From: a virus
Lineage: Duplodnaviria > Caudoviricetes
Direction: 5' to 3' (one strand)
DNA length: 37,156 bases
Virus record (IMG/VR): IMGVR_UViG_3300029183_000015
Span: 1 to 37,156 of that record
Shown: piece by piece, positions 15,909 to 24,646 of the stretch
Numbering within the stretch: the first letter of the stretch is position 1
How the letters are laid out: every line of letters begins with the position of its first letter
Translations under genes and position numbers: made by a program
Notes under the pieces: generated by a model
What the model was told of the DNA's origin: nothing
What the model saw: only the letters and a program-made list of their open reading frames with translations
Databases searched by the model: none

Positions 15909-16825
15909 TCGCAGACCTCCACAATTTCAGTTAGCAGTGATGACACCTCATCATCACTGCTAGACCTCTGCCAATTTAGAATCTCTGTTTTACAATCGCA
16001 TATTTGACTCCCTTCTTCTGTCAGTTCGCCGATTAATGTCTCAAAGTATCTATTATCTACTACACCGGTTTTTATCTCCGTGACAAACAAATCCTGAGAA
16101 ATATCTAATAATTTTCTGTGAATCTCTCCAGAGGCAGTCATCAGGTAGACCGCGGGCTCTGCTGTTTTCTCGTCTTTCTTTCTTCTGATGAAAGTACCAC
16201 AGTTGAGGATTAGTGGTTTTCCCGGATGCAGAAACGCACTGTGGTTATCTCCAAATACCGCCACGTCGTAGTCTTTCAATTTCTCTTGCCATGCGTCTAC
16301 GTGTGTGCTTTCGTCTGCGCCGGGATGGCCGTAATCACCTTTCCAGCAAAACGCATGTAACACTGCCACGTTGATCACATGACCTATTTGGCGGTCGTTA
16401 TCTGGTGGTGTGATTTCCGCATTCCAGGGAAACATCGTTACTGTGTACTGTGTGGTCTTGACCGTTTTTTCGTAGTGGATGTTGCCAGTCTCTACCAATG
16501 TCCAAAAACTGGATTTCTCAAGGTTTGAAATCTGGTGATTGATCAAATCGTGTTGTCCTGGAATAGCCCAACAGTGAGGGAAATTCTGGATTGCAAAATT
16601 CACCAGCTCAGCTGGATTGTTCGGCTTGCCCGGTTTGTCTGGCAGATCGAAGATATCACCAGCGACAAACAGAGGTACTCGGTACTCTTCTGTGATGGCG
16701 TGAACTTGATCTAAGTATCTTTTTTGAACCTCATACCAGTTATCTTTCTCAGCACGTGCTTTTGGTGCGTTGTGCGAGAGATGGATGTCGGAGATAAAGG
16801 CGGCTACGTAAGGGGTTTTTCGCAT
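15905..16825 (-). CDS. Mre11/SbcD-like metallophosphoesterase nuclease
   Basis: SDIHL, AGDIFD, PGQHD, VLHAF, GDNH motifs. Confidence 0.88.
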   Translation of the reverse strand: MRKTPYVAAFISDIHLSHNAPKARAEKDNWYEVQKRYLDQVHAITEEYRVPLFVAGDIFDLPDKPGKPNNPAELVNFAIQNFPHCWAIPGQHDLINHQISNLEKSSFWTLVETGNIHYEKTVKTTQYTVTMFPWNAEITPPDNDRQIGHVINVAVLHAFCWKGDYGHPGADESTHVDAWQEKLKDYDVAVFGDNHSAFLHPGKPLILNCGTFIRRKKDEKTAEPAVYLMTASGEIHRKLLDISQDLFVTEIKTGVVDNRYFETLIGELTEEGSQICDCKTEILNWQRSSSDDEVSSLLTEIVEVCE

Positions 16826-17682
16826 ACAGGACAGTTCTCTTGTTTATCGAGTTCGGTTTGTATTTGCTGTTTCTGCTCTTTCGTGGACTGGATTTGTTTA
16901 TCGAGTGATTTAATCTCAAAAATCACCGACGTCAGTCTTGCGCGAGTGTCTTTGTTCTGTTTCACGTGTGCGATCATGCGCTCTAGTGGGGTCAAATCGG
17001 GGATGGTGATTTTCTTATCGTTGAGGGTTCTTAGCTTTTCCAAAAGCTCTACGATTTCATCTCTGGTCTTCACTCGAACTTGAATCACCTGTTTCATTTG
17101 CTTGATCTTCGCTAGTTTCGATTGTAGGGTGTCCAAACTCTCAAGTGTCTCTAGTCTTTCCTCGCACTGACTGATTGCCTCCGTTGCCTGTTTCTTTTGT
17201 CTCTCGTGTGAGAGCAAACGTTTGTTGACTTCTGCCATACACCTATCGAGCAAATCAAGGTCAACAATCTCGTTGATTTTCTTGGAAACTCCGGTATCCG
17301 ATAATGTCAACCAGTAGGCCGCGTCATGCTGATTTTGGAAGTTAACGTCACTGGTTTTGAGAATGGCTCTCACATCATCAGGAACGTCTTTTCCAAACGA
17401 CACAAGCGGCTCTGGCGAGTCATCGATGTTGTAGGTGTTTTCCTTTTTGCCCTTGTGTCGTGTGATTACGTGAGAGTCTATCGTTAAGGAAACCTCGCAC
17501 GCGTCCATGTGCTTGTTGATGAATTTGTTTCCTTGTGGCGTGTTGGTGCAAAGCCACTTGATAGCACGCCACGCAGCGGATTTCCCTTTCTCATTGTCGC
17601 CAACAAGAACAGTAATTTGTCCACAATTAAACTCCAGAGACTTGTGTTTCTGGAATCCACTCACCTTTACTTTTGTAATCAT
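16804..17682 (-). CDS. Rad50/SbcC-like ATPase, N-terminal half ending at the zinc hook
   Basis: MITKVKVSGFQKH start, Walker A GDNEKGKS, Q-loop FQNQHD, coiled coil, terminal CPVC. Confidence 0.85.
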   Translation of the reverse strand: MITKVKVSGFQKHKSLEFNCGQITVLVGDNEKGKSAAWRAIKWLCTNTPQGNKFINKHMDACEVSLTIDSHVITRHKGKKENTYNIDDSPEPLVSFGKDVPDDVRAILKTSDVNFQNQHDAAYWLTLSDTGVSKKINEIVDLDLLDRCMAEVNKRLLSHERQKKQATEAISQCEERLETLESLDTLQSKLAKIKQMKQVIQVRVKTRDEIVELLEKLRTLNDKKITIPDLTPLERMIAHVKQNKDTRARLTSVIFEIKSLDKQIQSTKEQKQQIQTELDKQENCPVCEKPLT

Positions 17683-18100
17683 GTTCGTATCCGATTATTG
17701 TTGGTAGTGCGTTGTTCTCGTAGCGATAATAGCCGAGCATGTAACCGTCTTCTTTACCTTCAACGAGTACATGAGGCATGATCCAGTCAATGAACTTTTG
17801 GATTTCGTTTTGGTAGTTTTTCAGCGAGCATTTGATTTCCAAAAACCAAGTCCCGTAGTATGTGTCAAATCTGAATTTGGTGCCGTTTTTGAATGGGAAG
17901 TAGGCGCAGTCGTTTTTTAACATTTGTTTCCATCGCTTGCCTGTTTTATCAAGATCAAAAAGAACATGATTTTCCTGAATGTAATATCCGTCGTCATTTT
18001 GTTCGCAGTTTCCGCACATGTAGCTAAGCGCCTGAATCACAGGCCACGGAGTCTCATGTTTTAGTATCACGTTCATGTGTAGTTCGGTGTACATCCCCAT
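17627..18100 (-). CDS. Conserved phage hypothetical protein
   Basis: MGMYTEL...SLKNYQNEIQKFIDWI...GYYRYE motifs. Confidence 0.6.
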   Translation of the reverse strand: MGMYTELHMNVILKHETPWPVIQALSYMCGNCEQNDDGYYIQENHVLFDLDKTGKRWKQMLKNDCAYFPFKNGTKFRFDTYYGTWFLEIKCSLKNYQNEIQKFIDWIMPHVLVEGKEDGYMLGYYRYENNALPTIIGYEHDYKSKGEWIPETQVSGV

Positions 18101-18452
18101 CGTCATCACTCCTTACTAAAGAAAAAATCTCTATTCGTGGTTTGTAGGTTCTTTGCACGGGCCCTGTTTTCAGCTTTCGCCATGAGATAAGCCACAAGTG
18201 ATTACCTGCAAGTAGCCATCTGCGAGTATTCTCAATCTCGGTTTTGAGAATCGTTTTGACGTGCGCCGAGTGCGCAACACCGGTAGACTGAACACCAATG
18301 GTCATACCCGGCTTGATGGCGATTAAATCAATTATCCCAAACAAGTCTTTTCGCTGTGGGTATCCCTTTCCAGTAGGTATCAGTCTCTCAGCTTTACCAA
18401 CTACAAACCCACGGTCTCTAAGCCATTTGATAGTGCGCTCGGTGTGCGTCAT
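18054..18452 (-). CDS. PD-(D/E)xK nuclease, Holliday junction resolvase-like
   Basis: E..T..WLRDRGF, DLFGIIDLIAIK, IGVQST; located next to recombination genes. Confidence 0.7.
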   Translation of the reverse strand: MTHTERTIKWLRDRGFVVGKAERLIPTGKGYPQRKDLFGIIDLIAIKPGMTIGVQSTGVAHSAHVKTILKTEIENTRRWLLAGNHLWLISWRKLKTGPVQRTYKPRIEIFSLVRSDDDGDVHRTTHERDTKT

Positions 18453-19345
18453 GGAATCTCAGGAAACAGTTTCAAGTCAAGTTTGTAGTTGGTAATCGTG
18501 CGCCGCCAAGTGTCAACACCTGGGAACGGATGAATTTTGAGAGTTATCTTGTGTGTACCTTCGTAGGGAAGCTGCATCAGTTTGCGGTTACGCTCGATGA
18601 TGTCTTGACTTTCTTCAATTGCATCTGCCAGTTGCTTTCTGATTGCGCCGGTTCCTTGGGATACCGCTTTGGTAGCTGTTTTGATACCGACGTTTTTGAT
18701 TCCTTTGATGTTATCTGACACATCACCCATCATTGCTTTGACCTCTACCCATTCTTCAGGCTCGATTCCGTTTAACGTGCGGAATTTTTCAATATCCATT
18801 TCGAGTTTCTTGCGAGGGTCGTAGATGAAGACTCCCGGCGATAGCAGTTGATACAGGTCTTGATCACCTGAGATGATGATTGCTTCGTCGTATTTAGCTT
18901 TGTACTTCACGCACGACGCGATTAAATCGTCCGCTTCAAAGCCTTTCTGCTTGAACGTATTGTGAAATCCCATCGTTTGCAAAATCGCAGGAAGCGCATT
19001 GACCTTCTCATAGAAATTTTCGTCTCTCGCCTTTTTCTCAGCTATTTTCTCCGGTGTAGTCGAGTGAAACGCGTTGTCCACTTTGTAACTAGGATACAGC
19101 TTCTTGCGAACTGAATCTTTCTTGGAGGTGTCAAAGAAAAAACCCATGCCATCAGGTGAGAATTTGGTGTTGAAGAACAGAATATCCTTGAGAATGCCGT
19201 AGTAAATTCCATCGCCAAACGGTGCTTCTGGCTGATCTCCTTTGTCCAGTGGGTAGTATTTGTTACCGTAGCCGTACATGGCTCTTTGGCATAGGTAATT
19301 CATGTCCAACAGTAGCCACAAATGATCCTTGGTTTTTTGCTTCAC
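18449..19345 (-). CDS. 5'-3' exonuclease / flap endonuclease (PolI N-domain/T4 RNase H-like)
   Basis: LLLD, RKKLYPSYK, FEADDLIAS, SGDQDLYQL, GDVSDNIKGIKNVGIKTA. Confidence 0.92.
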   Translation of the reverse strand: MKQKTKDHLWLLLDMNYLCQRAMYGYGNKYYPLDKGDQPEAPFGDGIYYGILKDILFFNTKFSPDGMGFFFDTSKKDSVRKKLYPSYKVDNAFHSTTPEKIAEKKARDENFYEKVNALPAILQTMGFHNTFKQKGFEADDLIASCVKYKAKYDEAIIISGDQDLYQLLSPGVFIYDPRKKLEMDIEKFRTLNGIEPEEWVEVKAMMGDVSDNIKGIKNVGIKTATKAVSQGTGAIRKQLADAIEESQDIIERNRKLMQLPYEGTHKITLKIHPFPGVDTWRRTITNYKLDLKLFPEIP

Positions 19346-19731
19346 TGCTTAAACTCCTCAATTTGTTTTCGCAACTTATCGTTTTCGCGTTTCAGCTGTT
19401 TCCACTCTTCTTGTAAGTCGTCTACTTCTTTTTGCATCCGGTCTACTTCCTGTTGTCTTTGCCTAATGTCGTTGATTGCCGGGTTAAACACTGCTGGTAA
19501 AACACCTACCGCGGCTACCATCACCACAACAAGAACCAGACCACCAAAAATCCAAGGTACGCCAGTACCGCTTTCGTATTCGATTGTTTGTTTTTCAGTC
19601 ATTGGTCTGCCTTTTTCTGTGCAATAGTGACACTTCTTATTTGGGTAAGAGACTGTTGTTATTCTTTGGCATCCCTCGCACACAATTTGCCATGCACTCA
19701 TGTCTAAATACTTCCCATGTACAACATCCAC
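19342..19731 (-). CDS. Membrane-anchored coiled-coil protein
   Basis: TM helix then coiled coil; N-terminal CxxC pairs; start uncertain. Confidence 0.5.
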   Translation of the reverse strand: MDVVHGKYLDMSAWQIVCEGCQRITTVSYPNKKCHYCTEKGRPMTEKQTIEYESGTGVPWIFGGLVLVVVMVAAVGVLPAVFNPAINDIRQRQQEVDRMQKEVDDLQEEWKQLKRENDKLRKQIEEFKQ

Positions 19732-20102
19732 TCTGGTTTGATTCCTGTCTTCTGCGAGAATGTTTGTACTTCTTCTGGTACTTGAAATCTCGCGTCCAGG
19801 TTGACGAAATCTTCGTACTGGTCAACGTTTGCTATCTCTTTACCAAGCCATCTTTCATCGGAGTTGTAAGAATGGAAACTTTCGTGATTCATCCCCTCTA
19901 TCGGCTTGTCCATGTCGAAAAAGTCAGGCTCTTGCGACGAGTCGGCAACCAACACGTTTTTGACGTATGCTGCTCGGTGTGTGACAACCTTTTTCTTGTA
20001 AGGTATTCCCGTGTCTTCGTTGTACTTGGTTATTTCCTGTTCAACATTCTTGACGGTCATGCGGAAACCGCAAATTACTTTTGCTCTCCAAGTTGTACTC
20101 AT
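19704..20102 (-). CDS. Hypothetical protein
   Basis: ATGA overlap with thyX. Confidence 0.6.
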   Translation of the reverse strand: MSTTWRAKVICGFRMTVKNVEQEITKYNEDTGIPYKKKVVTHRAAYVKNVLVADSSQEPDFFDMDKPIEGMNHESFHSYNSDERWLGKEIANVDQYEDFVNLDARFQVPEEVQTFSQKTGIKPEWMLYMGSI

Positions 20103-20932
20103 GCTAAACCCGCCTTTTCATACGGTTGCATTTTCATTCCGTAAACTTCTAGTCTGCCTTTAACGTCCCGCTCTTTTGCATCGTGAAAAATGAGAGGGTA
20201 TTCTTCTCTTACGGTGCAATACACTTGACCGAAAATATCTCTCATTTCATCTTCCGTGTGTTGCGATGTTCGCATCATTACGACGTGCCGTAATGCCCTC
20301 AAGTTCACACTGAAACCAACATTGCTTGCATGTCCGAACGGTAAAATATGCCGCATTGATGAGGTTAATTCTTTCTTTCTGTCCCGGTCGATTCCTTCGT
20401 CGTCGATTCCCTCTCTTCGTCCAATTTCCTCATACACCTCAAAAGCCTTCTCAAGTAGAGGTGCAACAATATCGTCGTGGTTGTTAAGAACAGGGCACTC
20501 AGTAAACGGAAGGTAGGGAAGTCTGACATACCGTCCGCTCTCTTGAGAAAAGGCAAACCCCGCATGATGCCGCACTAGTTGATGCGTTGCTACTCGTGAA
20601 ACATCCGTTGCGATAAAGTTGAGTGTCGCGTGTTCAAACACCGATCCGTGAGCATGTTTCATGCAACCTTTGATGTTATTCTCAATTGTGTTGACGCTTG
20701 ATATGTTCCGATTTTCACCCACCGTGAGTGATCGATAGCACAGCTTCGCGAAAATTGAACACAGAGACAACCCGTCCGCGATACCTTGTTTTCGAGCGTT
20801 CGCAATCTCTTGTGCGAATTCACTAAGACCGTTGTGATTGAGAAAATCACGCAATCCGTCTGCTTGTGACATTCTCAGCATCGGCTCGCCGATCCAATAC
20901 ACCTTTGGTTGTACTACTTTGACTTTAGACAT
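20099..20932 (-). CDS. thyX: FAD-dependent thymidylate synthase
   Basis: HGSVFEHA, SRVATHQLVRHH, FSQESGRYV, RHILP, NLRALRH. Confidence 0.93.
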   Translation of the reverse strand: MSKVKVVQPKVYWIGEPMLRMSQADGLRDFLNHNGLSEFAQEIANARKQGIADGLSLCSIFAKLCYRSLTVGENRNISSVNTIENNIKGCMKHAHGSVFEHATLNFIATDVSRVATHQLVRHHAGFAFSQESGRYVRLPYLPFTECPVLNNHDDIVAPLLEKAFEVYEEIGRREGIDDEGIDRDRKKELTSSMRHILPFGHASNVGFSVNLRALRHVVMMRTSQHTEDEMRDIFGQVYCTVREEYPLIFHDAKERDVKGRLEVYGMKMQPYEKAGLA

Positions 20933-21413
20933 CTTGATCCTTTGAGAAAAGAAAACTTACATAAGTCCATTCATCCTTTGGTGTCATCTTGCCTTCGATG
21001 GCAAATTCTTTGATAAGCGCTTTTAGTCTCGCGTTGTACTTGTCGTACATTTCTTGATCGACATCTTGCATGTGAAACGATAACGGAGCGCCTGTTTTGG
21101 TCGTGAACACTTGGAGCATCATTTGCATGTACATGTCCAGGTTCACCAGTTTCAAAATGTTGAAACCTTTGGTTGGTTTCATAATCAGGATGTCTTTGTC
21201 CCTGCCAAACATCTCACGCACAATACGCAAGGCGTGCTGTGGGTCTGTGGCTTTGACTTTTTGCTTTTTGTCAAAGTCGATGTCTTCGGGTGATTCGTTT
21301 TCGATGTCTACTCGTTTGAAGAAATAAATCTCTTCAGTGCCTTCAAACGGATCATCGATACTATCTTGTGTCCAGTCTTCATATTCTTCCGGGTAGTCAA
21401 TCCAATCGCTCAT
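20925..21413 (-). CDS. Hypothetical protein (paralogue of 21410-21841)
   Basis: MSDW start; KVKATDPQHALRIVREMFGRDK. Confidence 0.65.
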   Translation of the reverse strand: MSDWIDYPEEYEDWTQDSIDDPFEGTEEIYFFKRVDIENESPEDIDFDKKQKVKATDPQHALRIVREMFGRDKDILIMKPTKGFNILKLVNLDMYMQMMLQVFTTKTGAPLSFHMQDVDQEMYDKYNARLKALIKEFAIEGKMTPKDEWTYVSFLFSKDQDV

Positions 21414-21841
21414 TGTTCTTCTCTTTCAAAAGGAAATGCTTGATAAAGCCAGTTTCGTGATGTGTCTAGTTTGCATCGCTTTTGGAACTTGATAAATGCT
21501 CGGTGAACGTCCCTTCTTAATTTCTCAGCTGCATCTTGAGATACTGTTGATGTGTCCATTACGCACGAGCTTTGCGTGACGGTCGTGATGTTTTTCATAA
21601 TCGTCTCGAAGATGACACGCATATCAACCAGCTCGGAAATTTCAGTGTCTTCAATGGCGTACATGATGACAACGTGCTTGTCATCGCCAAACATCTCCAC
21701 AACAGTTTCCAGCGCTTTATCAGGGTTTTTAGCTTTGACCTTCCTTTTGAATCCCGTTGTCACAAGCTCCGATGTGTCTTTTGGCATCTCATCGAAAAGA
21801 GCAAAAGAAAACGTCTTTTCATCATTTCCCCAATCACTCAT
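21410..21841 (-). CDS. Hypothetical protein (paralogue of 20925-21413)
   Basis: MSDW start at 21841 (ATGA overlap); KVKAKNPDKALETVVEMFGDDK. Confidence 0.65.
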   Translation of the reverse strand: MSDWGNDEKTFSFALFDEMPKDTSELVTTGFKRKVKAKNPDKALETVVEMFGDDKHVVIMYAIEDTEISELVDMRVIFETIMKNITTVTQSSCVMDTSTVSQDAAEKLRRDVHRAFIKFQKRCKLDTSRNWLYQAFPFEREEQ

Positions 21842-22056
21842 TTCTTTTTGCCTTTCGTCTTTTGCAAATTGGCGATGTGTCTTTGAATGTACCACACTGC
21901 TTTTTGCAAGTCCTCTATCTCTTTACCCTTATACGCACACCGGGCAATATACTTGACAGCATTTCCCAAGTGAAAGTTCAATTTCCAATCTTCGATGGCG
22001 TCGATTACTTCAATCTGCCCGGTGTTGTAGTGTGGTGGGTGGTCTACGTTACTCAT
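21838..22056 (-). CDS. DUF3310 family protein (T7 gp1.7/SaV-like)
   Basis: VDHPPHY..G.IEVIDAIE...GNAVKYIARC..KG...EDLQKAVWY. Confidence 0.85.
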   Translation of the reverse strand: MSNVDHPPHYNTGQIEVIDAIEDWKLNFHLGNAVKYIARCAYKGKEIEDLQKAVWYIQRHIANLQKTKGKKK

Positions 22057-22210
22057 CGTTTGTGATTCCGTGCTCGATTTCCATTTGACGGGTTTTCTCT
22101 TTTTCGATTTCAAGCATTGAAGCGGCCCAAAGTCCGAGGGAAATCACCACAGCACCAAACAAACACAACGACGCGATGACAATAGCTTTTAGTTTATCTT
22201 CGGAGTCCAT
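22049..22210 (-). CDS. Small membrane protein (53 aa; not in the ORF track)
   Basis: MDSEDKLKAIVIASLCLFGAVVISLGLWAASMLEIEKEKTRQMEIE...; GAGGAG RBS. Confidence 0.55.
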   Translation of the reverse strand: MDSEDKLKAIVIASLCLFGAVVISLGLWAASMLEIEKEKTRQMEIEHGITNDE

Positions 22211-22211
22211 G

Positions 22212-22448
22212 TCACTTCTCCTCTACCAAGGTTAGTTGGTCTCTCCAATGCTTCAAACACGCAATCGACTCTTCTCTTGTGTGAATAGGCCCATCGATTA
22301 CAATCATTCCGTGAGTAGCAGAATGATTCGTGTTTTCTGGTTTGAATATCTGACGCAAAATCAGGTATTTTCTGAGATTCAGACTGTACACAAGCCAATA
22401 CTTCTGTTTGGGCAAAAGCAATCTCAAGATTCGTAGAAACATTATCAT
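22212..22448 (-). CDS. Hypothetical protein
   Basis: 78 aa, ATGA overlap. Confidence 0.45.
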   Translation of the reverse strand: MIMFLRILRLLLPKQKYWLVYSLNLRKYLILRQIFKPENTNHSATHGMIVIDGPIHTREESIACLKHWRDQLTLVEEK

Positions 22449-22615
22449 CTCTTTCGTTTGGCCTTCTCTTTAATCTCGATTTGCCGTGTCTCTTCTTTTT
22501 TCCAGTTTGTGACCATGTCCGCGCAAGAACCTATCGCGGCCATGACTAAAATAAGCAGGATCACCAGCAAAATAAAACAGCCCTGCCCGGTGTCTTCATC
22601 GTCTTTGCTGCTCAC
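22445..22615 (-). CDS. Small membrane protein (56 aa; not in the ORF track)
   Basis: GTG start; TM helix then KEETRQIEIKE. Confidence 0.5.
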   Translation of the reverse strand: MSSKDDEDTGQGCFILLVILLILVMAAIGSCADMVTNWKKEETRQIEIKEKAKRKR

Positions 22616-22746
22616 CGGAAACCACCTTTCTTTTCGTCATCGTCTAGGCCGTAGATCATAATGAGAGGCACTGCCACACATGCAAATGCAACAGCAATCA
22701 AAGCGCTTATGACCACTGAGACAATCATAATCCACAAATCTTGCAT
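22612..22746 (-). CDS. Small membrane protein (44 aa; not in the ORF track)
   Basis: MQDLWIMIVSVVISALIAVAFACVAVPLIMIYG...; GTGA overlap. Confidence 0.45.
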   Translation of the reverse strand: MQDLWIMIVSVVISALIAVAFACVAVPLIMIYGLDDDEKKGGFR

Positions 22747-22747
22747 G

Positions 22748-22987
22748 CTACCGGCTATCGCGTTTGTCGATTCGTCGTTGTGCTTCATATGCTCCTCTCA
22801 TTACTGCGTAGTCTGAATCGTCTACTGTGATGTCGTAATTTGGTCGTGTTTTGCTGTAGTCGTCTTCAAGTATGTGGCATAAACCAACTAGCGTTTCCCG
22901 CATCTGCTCGGCGCAAGACTCGCACTCGCCACAACCTGTATTAAGATTCAAACTGCCCCTGCATCTGGCTTTCTCTTGCATCGGCAA
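22748..22987 (-). CDS. Small Cys-containing protein
   Basis: CRGS...CGECESC. Confidence 0.5.
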   Translation of the reverse strand: MPMQEKARCRGSLNLNTGCGECESCAEQMRETLVGLCHILEDDYSKTRPNYDITVDDSDYAVMRGAYEAQRRIDKRDSR

Positions 22988-23165
22988 ACCCCTTTGGTTT
23001 TAGCTGCGTTTCGTATTGGATGGTGATGCCTTCAAACTCGTCTCTTTGCCCGTTTCTCACGTACAAAGTGATTTTCTTTTCTTGTAGTCCCAGATACTCA
23101 GCTAGTACCTGTTTCACCATCGCATCATTCATCGACACTGTGTGTGTTGTCTTTAGGTTGCTCAT
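22941..23165 (-). CDS. Hypothetical protein
   Basis: GAGGAG RBS before MSNLK. Confidence 0.5.
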   Translation of the reverse strand: MSNLKTTHTVSMNDAMVKQVLAEYLGLQEKKITLYVRNGQRDEFEGITIQYETQLKPKGFADARESQMQGQFES

Positions 23166-23556
23166 CTTTTTTCTCCTCAAAAATCAGATGGGGTATGTGT
23201 TTGTGTCCCTCTGCCCACTGAAGAAACACCAAATCTCCGTGCTTGTCTGCTATTTGCCAAAAGCCAGTTACCACCGCGGACAAGATAGCATCTTTGAGGG
23301 CAGGTTCTTTGTTGTACATCAGCGCTTTGTGAAGCTGCGACTGTGGCTGAATGCTTCCCGATACGTGGTTGACTGGTTTTCCATCGAGCAAATCCCGTGA
23401 GATAATCAATCTCAACCCAGACACAAAATCAAATACCTGAGAACGCACAAGTCCGGGTGGTGGGTCGGTAGGACTTTCCGGATCAAACGTCTTGTCAAAG
23501 ACCGTTTTGAACTGCTCTTTCAAATCAGCGATTGGTTTTGCTTCGTGTTCAAGCAT
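23125..23556 (-). CDS. Hypothetical protein
   Basis: Likely ATG 23556 overlapping the RecA-like stop. Confidence 0.55.
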   Translation of the reverse strand: MLEHEAKPIADLKEQFKTVFDKTFDPESPTDPPPGLVRSQVFDFVSGLRLIISRDLLDGKPVNHVSGSIQPQSQLHKALMYNKEPALKDAILSAVVTGFWQIADKHGDLVFLQWAEGHKHIPHLIFEEKKDEQPKDNTHSVDE

Positions 23557-24646
23557 CCGCGTATTTGCTCCTACTACGTACTTTCGTTGCATTTGAAACT
23601 TTACTCCAAAGCTCCTGGGAAATCTCGGCAAGCTGTAGCGTCAACTCAGGCGATTCGATGATTTTGTTAGCTAGGTTGTTGCGGTACATCTTCAAATCTA
23701 ATTCCGTGGCCTGAACGTATGCGCCTTTCATCTTCCAATGTCCGTATTCAATTAGCCGGTCGATTTGAGAGCCTATACAGTCGATTCCCGTGCCGTGCAA
23801 GATGTCTACTTCCACTTGCCACACTTTACCGTCCTTGCGCCCTTTCTCCACTTTGAATTCACTACGGATTCCTGTTTGGAGCTTCTTTTCGGTGCCAAAT
23901 TCCTTCGTGGTTTTGGTCAGAGTCTTTTTCTTTTTCGTCCAGATACGCGAAGTGGCGAAGAACTTCAGCGCATCACCACCAGCGTTTCGCATACCACCAA
24001 ATGGGTCATTGAGTCTCAGCTTGGCGTGCGAAACAGCAATGAGAATTGACCCGTTGTTTTCAAATTTGATGCCACACTGCGCAAGTCCTTGTGCGTTGGC
24101 TATCGCTTTCTCCGTTCCGTAAGATTCTTGTATGTTCTTTCCTTCTCTTCGCGCTTCGATGTTTTCCTCAAAGCGTTTGATTGTGTTCTCATGTACCAGT
24201 GCATCGAGCGAATCGACTATGTAAATACATGGCTTATCGCCTTGCGCTACTTGGTGCATGTGGTCAAACAGCTCTTGTTGTGTATTGAATTTCAAGAACA
24301 CAAGCCGGTCATTACACTTTTTGCCATAGAACCGCTCCACATCGACCAAAACGCCACGCTCAATGTCTGCGTAGAACAGATCGTAATCGTCAAATGCGGA
24401 GTTGATCGATGCTTCGGCCATGACCGCCAAAAGCATCATCGTTTTTCCAGAGTCCGACACGCCTACGACATGGTTATAGGTTCCTTTGATGAAACCTCTA
24501 TCGTGGTGTCCGGTTAGAGCCAAATTCAAAAGCACGATGCCTGTTGACAAAAAATCTTCAGGCACCAATGCTTTCTGAGGAGATGGATTTTGCATATTCT
24601 CAATGTCGCTGAGAGTCCAGCGCTTTTCCTTATGGCGTGGCGGCAT
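23549..24646 (-). CDS. RecA/UvsX-like recombinase
   Basis: LSTGIVLLNLALTG, Walker A GVSDSGKT, ADIERG, Walker B IVDSLDAL, AGGDALKFFATSRI. Confidence 0.88.
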   Translation of the reverse strand: MPPRHKEKRWTLSDIENMQNPSPQKALVPEDFLSTGIVLLNLALTGHHDRGFIKGTYNHVVGVSDSGKTMMLLAVMAEASINSAFDDYDLFYADIERGVLVDVERFYGKKCNDRLVFLKFNTQQELFDHMHQVAQGDKPCIYIVDSLDALVHENTIKRFEENIEARREGKNIQESYGTEKAIANAQGLAQCGIKFENNGSILIAVSHAKLRLNDPFGGMRNAGGDALKFFATSRIWTKKKKTLTKTTKEFGTEKKLQTGIRSEFKVEKGRKDGKVWQVEVDILHGTGIDCIGSQIDRLIEYGHWKMKGAYVQATELDLKMYRNNLANKIIESPELTLQLAEISQELWSKVSNATKVRSRSKYADA

